DNA of 62,710 bases, counting the filler, from Sphacelaria rigidula (Eukaryota): assembly GCA_964200075.2 (NCBI GenBank). It is 10 parts of 10 records of this genome, joined end to end, with 100 filler letters (N's around TTAATTAATTAA, not from the genome) between each part and the next. Parts side by side here need not be neighbours in the genome. Positions count along the whole stretch, not along the records: positions 1 to 6,181 come from CAXNAA020021688.1; positions 6,282 to 12,462 come from CAXNAA020021689.1; positions 12,563 to 18,743 come from CAXNAA020021690.1; 7 more parts are not named here. The stretch is one strand, 5' to 3'. A program made the translations under genes and the position numbers. Position 1 is the first letter of the stretch, and each line of letters starts with the position of its first letter. Shown here piece by piece: positions 1 to 12,742 of this stretch. Under the pieces are notes generated by a model that was not told where the DNA came from, made no database searches, and saw only the letters and a list, made by a program, of their open reading frames with translations.

Positions 1-122
1 CTACAGTACTGTGGGATGAAACAGAGGGAACGCCAACACTAGGAGAAGCATCTACAGTACTCTTGTGAGGAGCAGGCGACACTCCGACACGTGGGGGGAC
101 ACCTACAGTCATGCATGAACAC

Positions 123-3100
123 ATGAAGTACCGCACAGGTCCTCAGAATGCAAACGCCGACTTCCTCTCACGCTTGCCCACACCAGCTCAACCTATCGAT
201 GAATCCCCCATGGGACGTATCACCGATTCCACCGAAGATATTGTATATTTCATAAGCAGGAATGGACATAAAGATCTCTACACACCACTTTTTTCGAGAG
301 AAACGCCGACTTTAGGCATGGGTGGACTGACGACCACAGCCCACGCATCAGTTCTAGGCAGCTTGCAACCTCAGTCGTTGTACTCAGTTTGGAATGCACT
401 GTCTACGAATACTGTTGGCTATGATCATTTTCGTGCAACTGGCCAGCGCATGGTTTTCGCAGCAGGTGTAGAACCGTCCTTTGCTGCCTCCGTCTTACCA
501 GTTCAAGTTCGAGATTTGATTTCGAGTAGGACTCGTGGACGGCGGACCGCCGAAATGGCCACCAAATTAGCCGTATCCGGTCCTGACCTTCTCCCCCCTG
601 CCCCCACCCCGGTCCCCGATAGTTTCCTTGCGCCCCCGCAGCCTCCGCGACGCAATGCCCCCAGGAAATCGACCCCGACCGTGCCGCCCCTGCCAACCAT
701 AGCCGAAATCATGGCTGTGCCCCCTCCAGTGGTGATGATATTGCAAACACCACCACAACACCCTCCACGCTAATCGACGCAGGAGTAGACGTTAACGTTC
801 CGTCTGAGCGTGCACCAACTGGTAGGCTCACCCTTGATTCCGAAATCACCGCTTCGTGCCAACCCCGCCCCGAACCGACCCTACACGAAGTCGACGCTTC
901 AACAGATGGTGTAGTCAAGGAACGTTTGATTCTCTTCTCCCACGCCGATTGGGCCCGAGAACAACAGGCAGAACCTGCTTGTAAATCAGCTATCCATTAT
1001 CTATCGAAAGGTTGTCCATGTCCATTCTCAGAAACCGAATTTCTGTTGTCAGGCGGGAATCTCAAAGCGCCCACCCAGGACGAAGTTACTGAACTTTCAA
1101 GGAAAGGTATGCTACACACGGATGATGACGGTATAGTTCTGTTAGTTCGCCGGCCCACAGCAGCCCTCCCCAGGGGGAAGCCTACAAGTCGACATGCCCG
1201 CTTGCTAGGTGATGATCCGTCCGCATCTACGTCCCGATGCTACTGCGCCCACGGGTTCTACACGAATGCCATTCACAGGCATCGACTCATTTAGGTGCCA
1301 TTAGGACCTCCCAGATGTTGGAACGTTTTTATTGGTGGATATGTATGGATCAGTGTTGTCGTTGGTGGGTGAGGCGTTGTCTTTTGTGTCAGGCGCGAAA
1401 CACGTCTTGACAAACAGTTCGTTGGCCGATTGTTTCCATGCCACTCCCAAACGGACCTGGTGAAGTAGTGTCATGGGACTATTTTGGTCCTTTGCCCCTG
1501 ACGGATAGTGGGAAAAAGTATATTTTGTTGTTTACAGATAGATTTAGTCGACATGCGGTGATGCACGCCGTCCCCCCCAGTAGTTATACCGCGGAAGCTA
1601 CCGCCAACATTCTTGTCTACATGTGCATCCCACTATGGGGTGTGCCCAAACGCTTATTATCTGACAACCACCCGCATTTTTCAGACCAGCTTTCTGCCGC
1701 CGTCAGTGACCTTTTGGGTGCCCATCGCATTTTTACTAGTTCACATCACCCTTCCACCAATGGTGGAACGGAACGAGTGAACCATACGATGGCGCAGATG
1801 CTTGCTGCTGTAGCGAATGAGAGGCAGATGGACTGGAATCTGCACCTGCCCCTTGTCCAGATGAACTACAACAATTCTGTCAATGCCGCTACGGGATTGT
1901 CGCCGAATGAAATTCATATTGGACACATGCCTCGGTTACCTTTAACGGTATTCGAACGCAAAAATACAGGTGGACATCAGAGTCTGGATCGTGACGTTGC
2001 AAAGTATCACTTGTCGGTTTTCAATCGTCTCTGTCTTGCATATGACGTGGTACGAGAACAGAACCAAATCAATTTGGCGAAGGTGGCCAGGGCGATCTCG
2101 ATGTTGGATGATGTGGTGCATAACCGCCCGGTGTCGAAGGTAGGCCAATGGGCATGGGTGTATAACGATGTGAAGACCATCAATCAAGGGGCTAGCTCGA
2201 AATCATCCTCTTTGGATAAAGTGTTGAAGGCGAAACTATCCTTGAATTGGACTGGTCATTGGGAAATTTTAGCTGTTGGTCCGAGCGCTACCGCACCAGA
2301 CAAGAGTCCGGTGGGAGCGAAACGTTTGTATTAAGATTTTCCCACGGATGAACCTGGTTTGAAACCGAAAAATCGCGTCTCGATGCTACGATGCAAACCG
2401 TGCATCCCCCGTCATGACTCTTCTGACATGCCCAAACAACTGCCGGTAGGGCTTAGCCAGTATGTGTTGACCAAGTATGCGATCAAAATTCCGCCGTATC
2501 ATATGACAGTCGAGGATGCGGACGCACCCCTGGAACGCGTTGAGGTAGAAAGGATTTCGGGTCATCAACTGGTTCGTGATCGTGGAGGTAAGATAGCGGT
2601 AATGTATCAGACATATTGAAAGGGTATCATGCGTGTTACATGGGAGCGTGAGGTTGATTTGCGTCATTTTCGTCGGGAAATATAGCTGTACTGGGTAGGA
2701 GATACCGTCCAACACCACCCGCTGAATAAGAGATATTGGTCGATGCGCAAGGGAGCTGCCGCTCGAGAACTGGCACGTGAACACTCAGCGCGGTTTGTCG
2801 TGACGGGATATAGCCTTCTTTCGCGTCCATAATACGTGCAGTGTTTCCACGGGAAACGATTACCGAAAGGGGCGTATTTTTGGTGTAAGGCTTTGAATTC
2901 ACTGTGGTGGTTGGGAAAAATTCATTTGGTCGACCCTGCATCTGCTGACCACTCCTTCTTTACCCGTTTCCTTGATGACCCGAGCTCCCTTAAGATTCGC
3001 TTGGATGGTGCGTGCTACACCGAGGAGCCGACCGCTCGGAGGGGATCCTGGTGTCTCCAACGACACGACCAAGGCGAACTCGGAACAGCCGTTCTACGGA

Positions 3101-3135
3101 ACACGGACACCGCTTGGGATGCAGATGACTCATGA
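123..3135 (+). pseudogene. Ty3/Gypsy (chromovirus-like) LTR retrotransposon pol, 3' part: RNase H end, integrase, chromodomain, extra C-terminal domain; decayed
   Basis: RNase H C-terminal motif YRTGPQNANADFLSRLP. HHCC zinc finger HECHSQASTHLG...WWVRRCLLCQ (1261-1392). DDE core VSWDYFGPLP / LLSDNHPHF / GTERVNHTM. GPY/F-like LNWTGHWEIL. Chromodomain VEVERISGHQ...YQTY*KG..VTWERE. Frameshifts near 750 and 1220; in-frame stops at 1408, 2332, 2617, 2683 and 2830. Confidence 0.93.
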
Positions 3136-4380
3136 TGCCGCATCCGAGTCTGTTTACCCATTCACCTTGCGTAGTGTACTGCGTTCGAGTCGCTTGTCTT
3201 GCATTGTAGCGTCGTTGGACAATCATGTGTTCCCCCCCCCTCCCTCCCTTCAAATTTTTTCGCACCGATTAGCCCCGTACTTGTAGCGGTTGACGTGTGC
3301 CAGTGTGTCGTGTTTGGTATTTGGTCTTTCGTTTTTGTATTTTATATTATTTGTTCTTGTGTTGCGTTTTTGTTGCTTTGGACCCTGTTTTTTTTTGCTT
3401 CGGTTTTTTTTTGCCTTTATTGTTGTCTTTGCTATATATTTTTACGTCTTCTTTTCTTTCGCCTCGTCCTTTGTGTTCGATTTTTTGTGTTCAATGGGTA
3501 CTCTTCTTGGGTACTTCTGGGTTCCTCTGGCGAAGTACAAGTGACGATCGTTGCATTCCTGACCCTGAGTCTGGAACCTTGAACGTCCGTCCTCCGCGCC
3601 GTACATTCACAACCATTCCGTCCACCGGGACAGTTGCCACGAGTTGATTATGTCTTCATTTGTTTTTCGTTGTACGTACATGTTGTCTTGCTTTGTTATT
3701 ACATGGTCTTTATCTTTGATTATTTTGTTCCGATGAAATAGTTTCCGGAGCAAGCGCTAGCCATACCTGACGCGCACGTCTGGAATATTTGCGCTTTTGT
3801 TCAATCGCTCTGCACGCGAGTGCCGCCTCCCTCTTCGGGACCGGTCATGACGTGTTCTTTGTTTTTGTGTGTGTCATATGTTGTCGGTATTTTTCTTCAT
3901 TCTTTTCTGCCTTTTCGGTTGAGAGTTTTATGAGCGAGCGCTGCATATACCTGCCCTCCCCGTCTGGAATGATTGCGCTCTTGCCCACCCGCTCCGTACA
4001 CGCATACCACTTCCCCCTGCAGGATCGGTAATGACGTGTCCCCTTTTTGTGTGCGTACTACGTTAATTTTATATCGACATGGGTTGCCTGAAATGCTTTG
4101 ACCTTCTTGGCTGAAACGTTTGACCCTGCTTGCTTCATACACACGATAACCGCTCCCGTTTACAAGGACGCTTGCCACGTGTTGTTTTTCTGCCTTGTGT
4201 TGCGGATTTTCGTTTTCGCTGTTGCCCAGCGTGCCCCTGGTTATCTATTTTGGTTTTGGTTTCTGTGTCCATGTCAGGAATTTCGCCACGAGTGTTCGAA
4301 CGCTTCTGACCCTCGAGTCTCGAACACTTGGCCTACTTTTGTTTTGCGAGTCCTACCGCATGTGACCGACCTCGTTTATA

Positions 4381-4645
4381 GGAGGGTCACGGGTAATGCG
4401 ACGCGATGATTTATACTTTGGTGATTGATAAGTTACAACGAGGCCACCACTGGCCGAGTCGTACATAGCGGTGTTGAAGAATTGTTATTGAAGTCGCGGT
4501 AAGATCGGTTGCAAATGTCTCCTCATGCGGAACTGTCGGATGAAGTAGGTCACTCTTTCGGAACTGTCCGTTCCGCCATGTCGATATTCGACCGTTGGTA
4601 CAGCCTACAGGCTCAGAGTCCGCCACTCGCAATATTTCCGTCACT
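4381..4645 (+). mobile_element. Probable polypurine tract and start of the 3' LTR of the Gypsy element; right boundary uncertain
   Basis: After a ~1.25-kb T-rich 3' non-coding stretch, GGAGGGTCACGGGTAA is followed directly by TGCGACG at 4397, similar to the TGTGACG terminus of the LTR at 33836-34093. Candidate ends are TCGCA 4631, CGTCAC 4644 or TCGCA 4984. Confidence 0.35.
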
Positions 4646-6181
4646 TTTACCAGTTTTTGCGTACAATCACCCGCCCCTGAAGTTGGTCGGTGGTGTTTTG
4701 TTTTTATCAGGGATTATTGGACGAAGTAACGTGACGGTACGACCGGCTGTGGGTTTTACTCCAGTTTGTGTTCGGGCCAGTCTCGTTTTAGTCCGAACGG
4801 GCAAATACCGTGAGGAGTGGGCTGCGTTGGTCCTCTCTGTCCTGTGTATTTGTCGTGGTTCAGAAATGTGTTGGGTGATCCGCCTCGGAACTACGCAGCA
4901 GGCCCGAAGGTTGTGTATTGTTCACCACGTGTCTTTTGACGTGTACGGACACCTGATCTCACAAACCGGTCAGTTGTTCTCGCATTGTCGTGTGAGATAT
5001 ATATATATATATATATGCTGTACGACCGGACCATCAACCAGACGTCCCCAGCAAGTCTTTCGCACAAACAGGTACTGACAATTAACTCACGTCAAACGAG
5101 TTGATTTGTTCGTATCATTTTTATTTTTTCAACAACGTATGGTTTTTGCGGGAAACTAACATTTCTGCGACGAACTCAGCTGTTAGTTGTTTGCTTTTAC
5201 TGATTGACTGGGACGAGCGATTAGCATGGGCTTGGTTATCGAGGTGATATAATGCCTTGGCGGGCTTGCTTGTTCTTCTACCAATAACCCAAAACAAACC
5301 GGACATTCGGAAAAGAGCGAACTATTTATTCATGATATAGTTATGGCAGGGTAGGACAACTGTTTCAATGATTAGTCTCTGATTTCCTGTACCTATCACG
5401 GAAATGCTTACGACATTCTGGAGACACTGCATTTTATGAATATGGTTTGATTGTTGATTTTGGGTCTTACTTTTCTTGATTTTTTCTTATTTTTTTCTTT
5501 CCCATGACGCCGTCTGAAGAACTTACGGATCATGAGGACACCGAATCATTGTATCGGTTCGATTCTTTTTTTTCTTGGTTTGTTCTTGTGTTGATAGCCC
5601 CTTCCCGTTTCCCGTACCCAAGAGGACTCGATCTTCAAATGGAGTCTCAATTTTTTGTGGTGTGGGAGAAGTGTGGCTCGCTGCAAGTTTGTCGCTTCTG
5701 AAAAGCGACTGCACTTGAACGATCCAGGGTGGGCTAATGTGATGGTAAATGACTGAGTGCCTGAATTCAAACTAGTTCCTTGTGGATATGCAGATGGTCC
5801 CTAGAAACGACCAGCCGGTATGGAAGGATTCTAGTCGAATGTGTGTGTGTATGAGGCAGGATTCGATCCTTGTATTTTTGACGCAGCGGGTTGAAGGTAG
5901 AAGGATTGTACCCGATTAGCCGCGTGTACCTGCTGCTACTACAGCTTTGATTGGCTTAAGGTACAGTGCGCCACGTTGAGTGGTATTTACATGACAAGGT
6001 TGTAAGCGTAGCTAGGAGTTTTTGAGGGTAGTCATGTGCCGCATCGCCCACGCAGCCCACTTGCAACCCACCGCCAGGAACAGCTACCGTAGAACTAATC
6101 ACAAGAAGGACCATCATCAAACAACAAATTGTGCGAATTGAGGTTTAACTTCGAGATGAGGTCCAAGCCCAAAACAGTGCT

Positions 6182-6281
6182 NNNNNNNNNNNNNNNNNNN
6201 NNNNNNNNNNNNNNNNNNNNNNNNNTTAATTAATTAANNNNNNNNNNNNNNNNNNNNNNNNNNNNNNNNNNNNNNNNNNNN
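6182..6281. other. Artificial contig linker N44-TTAATTAATTAA-N44 (first of nine)
   Basis: Identical 100-bp linkers at 6182-6281, 12463-12562, 18744-18843, 25025-25124, 31306-31405, 37587-37686, 43868-43967, 50149-50248 and 56430-56529. Spacing is exactly 6,281 bp, and 10x6181+9x100=62710. The 12-mer places stops in all six frames. Confidence 0.98.
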
Positions 6282-7723
6282 AGAACTGAAAAAGAAAACC
6301 CGATCCCGTCAGGAAAAAACCTTTTCAGCCACGCACAGACGTCGCAAACTCGTCTACTTCAGCAATCGAAAGCTCAAATCCTGAATATAATCAGTTCTTC
6401 GTAACCTATGCATGCTCCATTTCAACAATTGTTTGCGTCAGTCAGCACAAAAAATAGATATATGTGTATCAATCTCAATCATTACCAGTTCCCAACTCTC
6501 CCTTGGAAAAACCCAAAATCACACATGAATGCACAGTGGACACCCTTTTCTTACTCCTCAATTCCCATGATGACATTCGAGAAACACACTCAACCTTCCA
6601 ATACTCGAATATGTCAAAAACGCACTTTTCTCATGGCAACAAGATGCTGTTGTCTATGTGAAATTCGATTCAACATACCGTCTACAACACGGTCTACATC
6701 AGGCAAGTGTCCACATTCAACATGTCAAGTGACCGAGATATCATTCCACTGAACAATAACATGACTCCTCGAAATGGTATGCAAAATAAACACTGCAAAA
6801 CTTGCAGTAGTGGTGTGTGTACCACTTCCCTCGAGTTCGAGAATAAAATTCAAATTCAAATTGAATCAATTCGAGTTCAAATCGCTCAAACTAGAGGTAT
6901 GCTCGAATACAAAAATATATAGGTTTCCCGTCTGTGCCAACATAAGAACACAAGATCTTCTCGTGTTTTCACCACACTGTACCCTAGAAAAATAATATTA
7001 GCCTCTCTGACGTCGACCATCTATCAACTGCCTAGAATAGTTGATAGAACCCACATCAGTGAAAACTTGCAAGCTTGGATCCTTTCAATGTCAGAACACG
7101 AAAAAATCTCCTCCGAACCTCGTTCACTTTATAGACCCTAGAATACCCAGAGAAAATTGATGTACCAGTACACTCGTGCATTTCACAACGACTTGTACTA
7201 CTTATATCCTATCAGGGAGAAACTCGGAACATAAAGCCAAACTCTGTAAGCACTAAAAATATTGTAACCAAAACTAGCGATTGATCAGTCCACTTAATTT
7301 CGAATTACTGATTTTTTATGCAAATTTCGCTCGTCGTCCGGTCCGATAAATTCCCAACATCGTCAAACTCATCGTCCCACTCTTAGAATATTTTCTCTTT
7401 CACAAAGATCAATCCCTGTCCACCAAAGTCCAAGTGCATGCAAAGAAGTCGGATAAGAGGTTACTCTGCATGAACAGTACACTCACCCAAATATAAGGAC
7501 GGATATTACTTATTGAATAAACGTCACACTGGAGAGAACATAATATAAATTACTCCGTATTAAACCCCCCCCCCCCGATTCAATATTACATATTATTTTG
7601 CAGGGGGTATTGCTTCCAGGTAGTACATGAGAACATAACATCGATGACCCCAGAGTCAATTATCGTGAGTTATCCTGGTGCATAGTCAGTCCCGCATGTT
7701 GAACGGCGGATGGATAGTCAATT
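6282..7723. repeat. Long direct repeat, copy 1 (~1.44 kb)
   Basis: Colinear with 11134-12462 at roughly 90% identity by eye. Offset 4,852 bp. About 118 bp (7426-7543) are missing from copy 2. Confidence 0.95.
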
Positions 7724-10140
7724 GTTTAGTGACAACCAAGACTAAATACCGTTCTACTCTCGGAAGTATACTCGAGGTTGAATCCACACCGTGTTCTTTC
7801 CGTAATTGAATATGTCCAACCAAAAATCCAGAGCCGGTGAATCACTCTGCCAAGAACGTTCTAGCGCGGATCGCAAAATATCAAATTCCCTTTTGAAATC
7901 TTTAAGCGATTAATCAAATTATCCAAAATACCCCGCCGTGGATCATACCATCACATGATTTTTCTCCCAAAATTCTCCGCTGTGGATAACCGCATCACAT
8001 GAGTTTTCTTCGTTTTTAACTACCCGAAAAGAGAATCATGGAAGCAAATAGTCAATTCCCCCCCCATTATTTTCTTTCTCGATAATTTAAAAAATCATCG
8101 CAATCATGTGGAGGATCAAGTTTAAAAATCATAACTAAACTACGGTAGTACTTCGTAGGGCGTAGGGAACAAAAACTAGAACAATCAAACAAAAAAAATG
8201 CAACCACGGGACGGTACACATGGTTGACATGTCACGTTGCCGCGAATAACGAGACGAAAATATTCCGAATCAAATGCAAACTCCCAAAGAAATCAAATGA
8301 TAGAAACTTAAATGCCAAAGCGTGTCTGGTTCCTACCCTGGCTCCTGCTAAGCCCCCCAAGCGGTTGTGTTGTCGTCGCCCAGGCCGCGGTCGCTGTTTT
8401 CGGTTTGGCTCTTGCGGTGTCGCGGTCCGGGCTTCGTCATTTTTGTGCACATCCACCTGGGTTCGAAGGCAGTTGCCTCGCCATAAAGATTGGCTTGCAT
8501 CATCGGGGGCAGGTCACGCGTAGCGGTAGAAAATAGTCGCAGAGATAAGTCGTCCGTTGTATTTCATGCAAAAATGCGAAAAGTATTCGAATACACCGTA
8601 CATCCATCATTTCAAAGATGAAATTCCTCCCCTACAAACCCATGCGTCTTTCCTCGCAACGCAACAAAATAATTGCATTTTTTTTGTAAAAAACATTTCA
8701 CAATCATGCCGTGGGTACACAAACTCTGCCCCAACGGTCGACCCAGCAGGGGAAGGGAGTGCGCTCAACTTCCCTCGCAAAAAAAATATATACAGGCAAG
8801 TATCCCAGGAGGTGGAGTACCAAAGAAAAACAGGGAACAAAAACAAACCCTGTGTTGACCCTCCCCCTGTCAGATTCCAGCTGGTGCGCCCTCATATACC
8901 GTTACGCTCTACAAATAGTGTAAGCATGCTCGACAAACAAATTGCAGAAACAAAAAAAACAAAAAATCATTCATTGGTCCGCATTTGCCCGCAACATGAG
9001 AAATGTACCGTCATACGCCGATACACAGCAGACTGTAATGCAGTACAGTCTACAAGCAGTGATCAGCCTGGAGTACAGTATACAGAAAACAGTTGAGCAT
9101 GACAAATGCTACGTGCAATCATTCATAACACTTTGCAATTCTGTTTCTGTTTGCAGTCTGCGCGCTCAACGTGTTTGATCAGCTTCCAATGTCCGACAAC
9201 ACAAAAACAATCGCATCTCATATCACCAGCCAATGTGATCTTGCCCTCCTGTACTGTACATCGCGGTCAGTTGAATTCACAATTTTTAATCCATGCAGGT
9301 TTGAACACAAGTAGCTGTGCACACAAGGCAACATGTCTGTATAACGCAACATCTCTTGTCAAAGTCATCTCGAGTCAAAAATGGAAGTTGAACTACCGTA
9401 GATGACGGAATATAACACCCCCTTCTACAGTCAAGGGGATCATATCATTCTGCAGTGGAGAAGGGAAAAACCAAAAGCTCACACATATGAGAGCCAAAGT
9501 AGGGCACACATAAAACACTCCAAAATCACACTTGCGCTCGGTCTCATTACAGAGCGATCCGGGCGTGATGCTGAATGGAAAAGCAAACCAACACGAAACA
9601 TCAACCGGCCGACATGTCAATTACGCAATGACGGTAGATGACGGAATATAACACGCCTACACGACGAAATATGAAATCACATCCATACCCTCGGGGTATA
9701 CATGTATGAAAGGTACTGCATAGATGGGCAGGGCATAATAGTGATCCAACAAACAGGGGATGAAAGGGGGATAAAAGGAAAGGGCAAAATATTGCCGACA
9801 AAAAACAATCTGACTGTAAGCCTGCAAAATGAATCTTCATCTCCACTTAGTATGGCGTTTTATAACACCTCCACTTCAATAGAAGCGAGGACATATCACA
9901 CTCTACAAAGCAATAAAATACACAAACCAACACGCAAACTAGAATAGAATGACGACCTATCGATACCAAAACATTCTTGAAGTCATCCTACTCTTCAATG
10001 CTGGTGGTCCTATAAAAAGTTCGATGTTAAATCGAAGGAAAAATTAAAAGGGAAAACGTGCCTTCTTGAGCACTGCCGCTCGTGTTAAAGTAGGAGCTTC
10101 GAAGCTGATGACGTTGATGTCCCGGAAGTGGCTTGTTCAT

Positions 10141-10406
10141 TGGCGTTCGGATGCTAGAGTGGGTGACGCGCGTGCCGAGGGATACTACCGCTGCCGGTCT
10201 TGGGTACCGCTTACTGCTGCTCCGGTTAGCTCAAATATACAAAATAAAGATGAATACATGCCTTCTGGGATATAAGCTGAGAAGCTCTGATTGTTGTTGT
10301 CCTTGATAAAGCTGCTCACTGGCGTTTGGATGCTAGAGTCGGTGACGCGCGTGCCGAGGGGTGTTTCCGCTGTCGGTCTTGGGTACCTTTCTGCTCCAGT
10401 TAGCTC
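10141..10406. repeat. ~90-bp direct repeat pair (10141-10232 and 10320-10406)
   Basis: TGGCGTT(C/T)GGATGCTAGAGT(G/C)GGTGACGCGCGTGCCGAGGG...GGTCTTGGGTACC...TTAGCTC occurs twice, 179 bp apart. Confidence 0.85.
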
Positions 10407-11133
10407 TTATGGCGCTGTGATGCTGTCCGTTGATGATGTTGTCCTTCTTGCTGTCTGCGGCGTATGCGCGTTTCGATGCCTCGTTGTAAAATCCGTTTAA
10501 ATCTCCTTTTGCGGCTGCGTAGCCTGATTTAAGCCCACTACGTGTAAATCCCTACCAGTCGGTACATGAGCCTTGACCCAGGTTTATATGCTAGCATAAT
10601 AGAAAGCCTCATGCACCGGGTGCGTTGTCGGGGGAAGTTGTAGGCCTGTCGTGGCCAGTTGAGACCAGATATCATTTATGTATTTAATTCACCCATTTAC
10701 GCCCACTCTCACACACATAATACACAACGGCTGAAAACACCGCAGAATCAGAATTGACACATAACAACACACTGAATGAAGTGGGGTACTAATTCCTGGG
10801 AAAAACGCTCATACAAAATGACATGTCATAATCCCAGATTTTCGGCACGCGAAAAGGCGTGTGCCGCCCCAGCAGATATGCACTGCAACCACTACATAGG
10901 GTATACCTTAAATAACAGAATGATCTCTTATTCGTATTTCCCCTGCACGTCATGATCCAATCTCCATATCTATTTCCTTCGTATCCAGGCAGATCCTGGA
11001 GCGTAAGTATAATCGATTAGCCTCCCTGCTTACGGCTCTAGGACTGATAGTTTATCCTGAATACATAGTGCCTCATTCTAAAACGCGAAAATATGTCAGT
11101 TCTTCATGGTATGAATCCAACACTATATTACCA

Positions 11134-12462
11134 AGAACTGAAAAAAAAACCCGATCCCGTCAGGAAAAACCTTTTCAGCCACGCACGGACGTCGCAAACT
11201 CGTCTACTTCAGCAATCGAAAGCTCAAATCCTTGATATAATCAGTTCTTTGTAACCTACGCATGCTCCATTTCAACAAGTGTTTGCGTCAGTCAGCACAA
11301 AACAAATGGATATATGTGTATCAATCTCAATCATCACCAGTTCCCGACACTTCCTTGTAACAACCCAAAATCACACATGAATGCACAGTGGACACCCTTT
11401 TCTCTCTCCTCAATTTCCATGATGACATTCGAGGAACACACTCAACCTTCTAATACTCGAATATATCAAAAACGCACTTTTCTCATGGTAACAAGATGCT
11501 GTTGTCTATGTGGAATTCGATTCAACGTACCGTCTACAACACGGTCTACATCAGGCAAGTGTCCACATTAAACATGTCAAGTGACCGAGATATCATTCCT
11601 CTGGACAAAACATGACTCCTCGAAATAGTATGCCAAATAAACACTGCAAAATGAAAACTTGCAGTAGTGGTGTGTGTGCCACTTCCTCTCGAGTTCGAGA
11701 ACAAAATTCAAATTCAAATCGAATCGATTCAAGTTCAAATCGCTCAAACTAGAGGTATCCTCGAATACAACAATATATAGGTTTCCCATCTGTCCCAATA
11801 TAAGAAAACAAGATCTGCTCGTGTTTTTACCACTCTGTATCCTAGAAAAACAACATTAGCCTCCCTGATGTCGACCATCTATCAACTGCCTAGAATAGTT
11901 GATAGAACCCACATCAGTGAAAACTTGCAAGCTTGGTTCTTTTAATGTCAGAACACGAAATAATCTCCTTCGAACCTCGTTCACTTCGTAGACCCTAGAA
12001 TACCCAGAGAAAATTGATGTACCAGTACACTCGAGCATTTCACAACGACTTGTACTGCTTATATCCTATCAGCGAGAAACTCGGAACATAAAACCAAACT
12101 CTGTAAGCACTAAAAATATTGTAGCCAAAACCAGCGATTGATCAGTCCACTTAATTTCGAATTACTGATCTTTGATGCAAATTTCGCTCGTCATCCGGCC
12201 CGATAAATTCCCAAAATCGTCAGACTCATCGTCCCACTCTTAGAATATTTTCTCTTTTGCAAAAATCAATCCCTGTGCACCAATATAAAGTACTCCGTAT
12301 TAAAACGCGCCCCCCGATTCAATATTACATATTATTTTGCAGGGAGTATTGCTTCCAGGTAGTACATGAAAACATAACATCGATGACCCCAGAGTCAATT
12401 ATCGTGAGTTATCCTGGTGCATAGTCAGTCCCGCATGTTGAACGGCGGGTGGATAGTCAACT
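11134..12462. repeat. Long direct repeat, copy 2 (runs to contig end)
   Basis: Starts AGAACTGAAAAAAAAACCCGATCCCGTCAGG, matching 6282; ends GGATAGTCAACT, matching 7712-7723. Confidence 0.95.
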
Positions 12463-12742
12463 NNNNNNNNNNNNNNNNNNNNNNNNNNNNNNNNNNNNNN
12501 NNNNNNTTAATTAATTAANNNNNNNNNNNNNNNNNNNNNNNNNNNNNNNNNNNNNNNNNNNNGTGGATGTGTAGGGGTTGATTCTGGGGGACGTGGGGGG
12601 ACTGGCGGGGGGGGGCAGAGATAACACATCATCCGCACAAAACGACGAGCTTTCTCCTCCAAGGCACAAGATTTTCTCTTCTTTTGATTGCACCTGTGCC
12701 ATGTATAGCCCACATTTTCGAAGCCCACAACGCGCGTTTCAC

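Noticed and set aside
1..110. CTACAGT(A)C recurring at 1, 52 and 103 (51-bp period)
   Set aside because: Only 7-9 bp, three copies at a contig edge; too little to call an array. It may be the end of a nested insertion.
3199..4409. Hydrophobic F/C/V-rich ORFs as an env-like gene
   Set aside because: They occur in all frames because the retrotransposon 3' region is T-rich; no env features.
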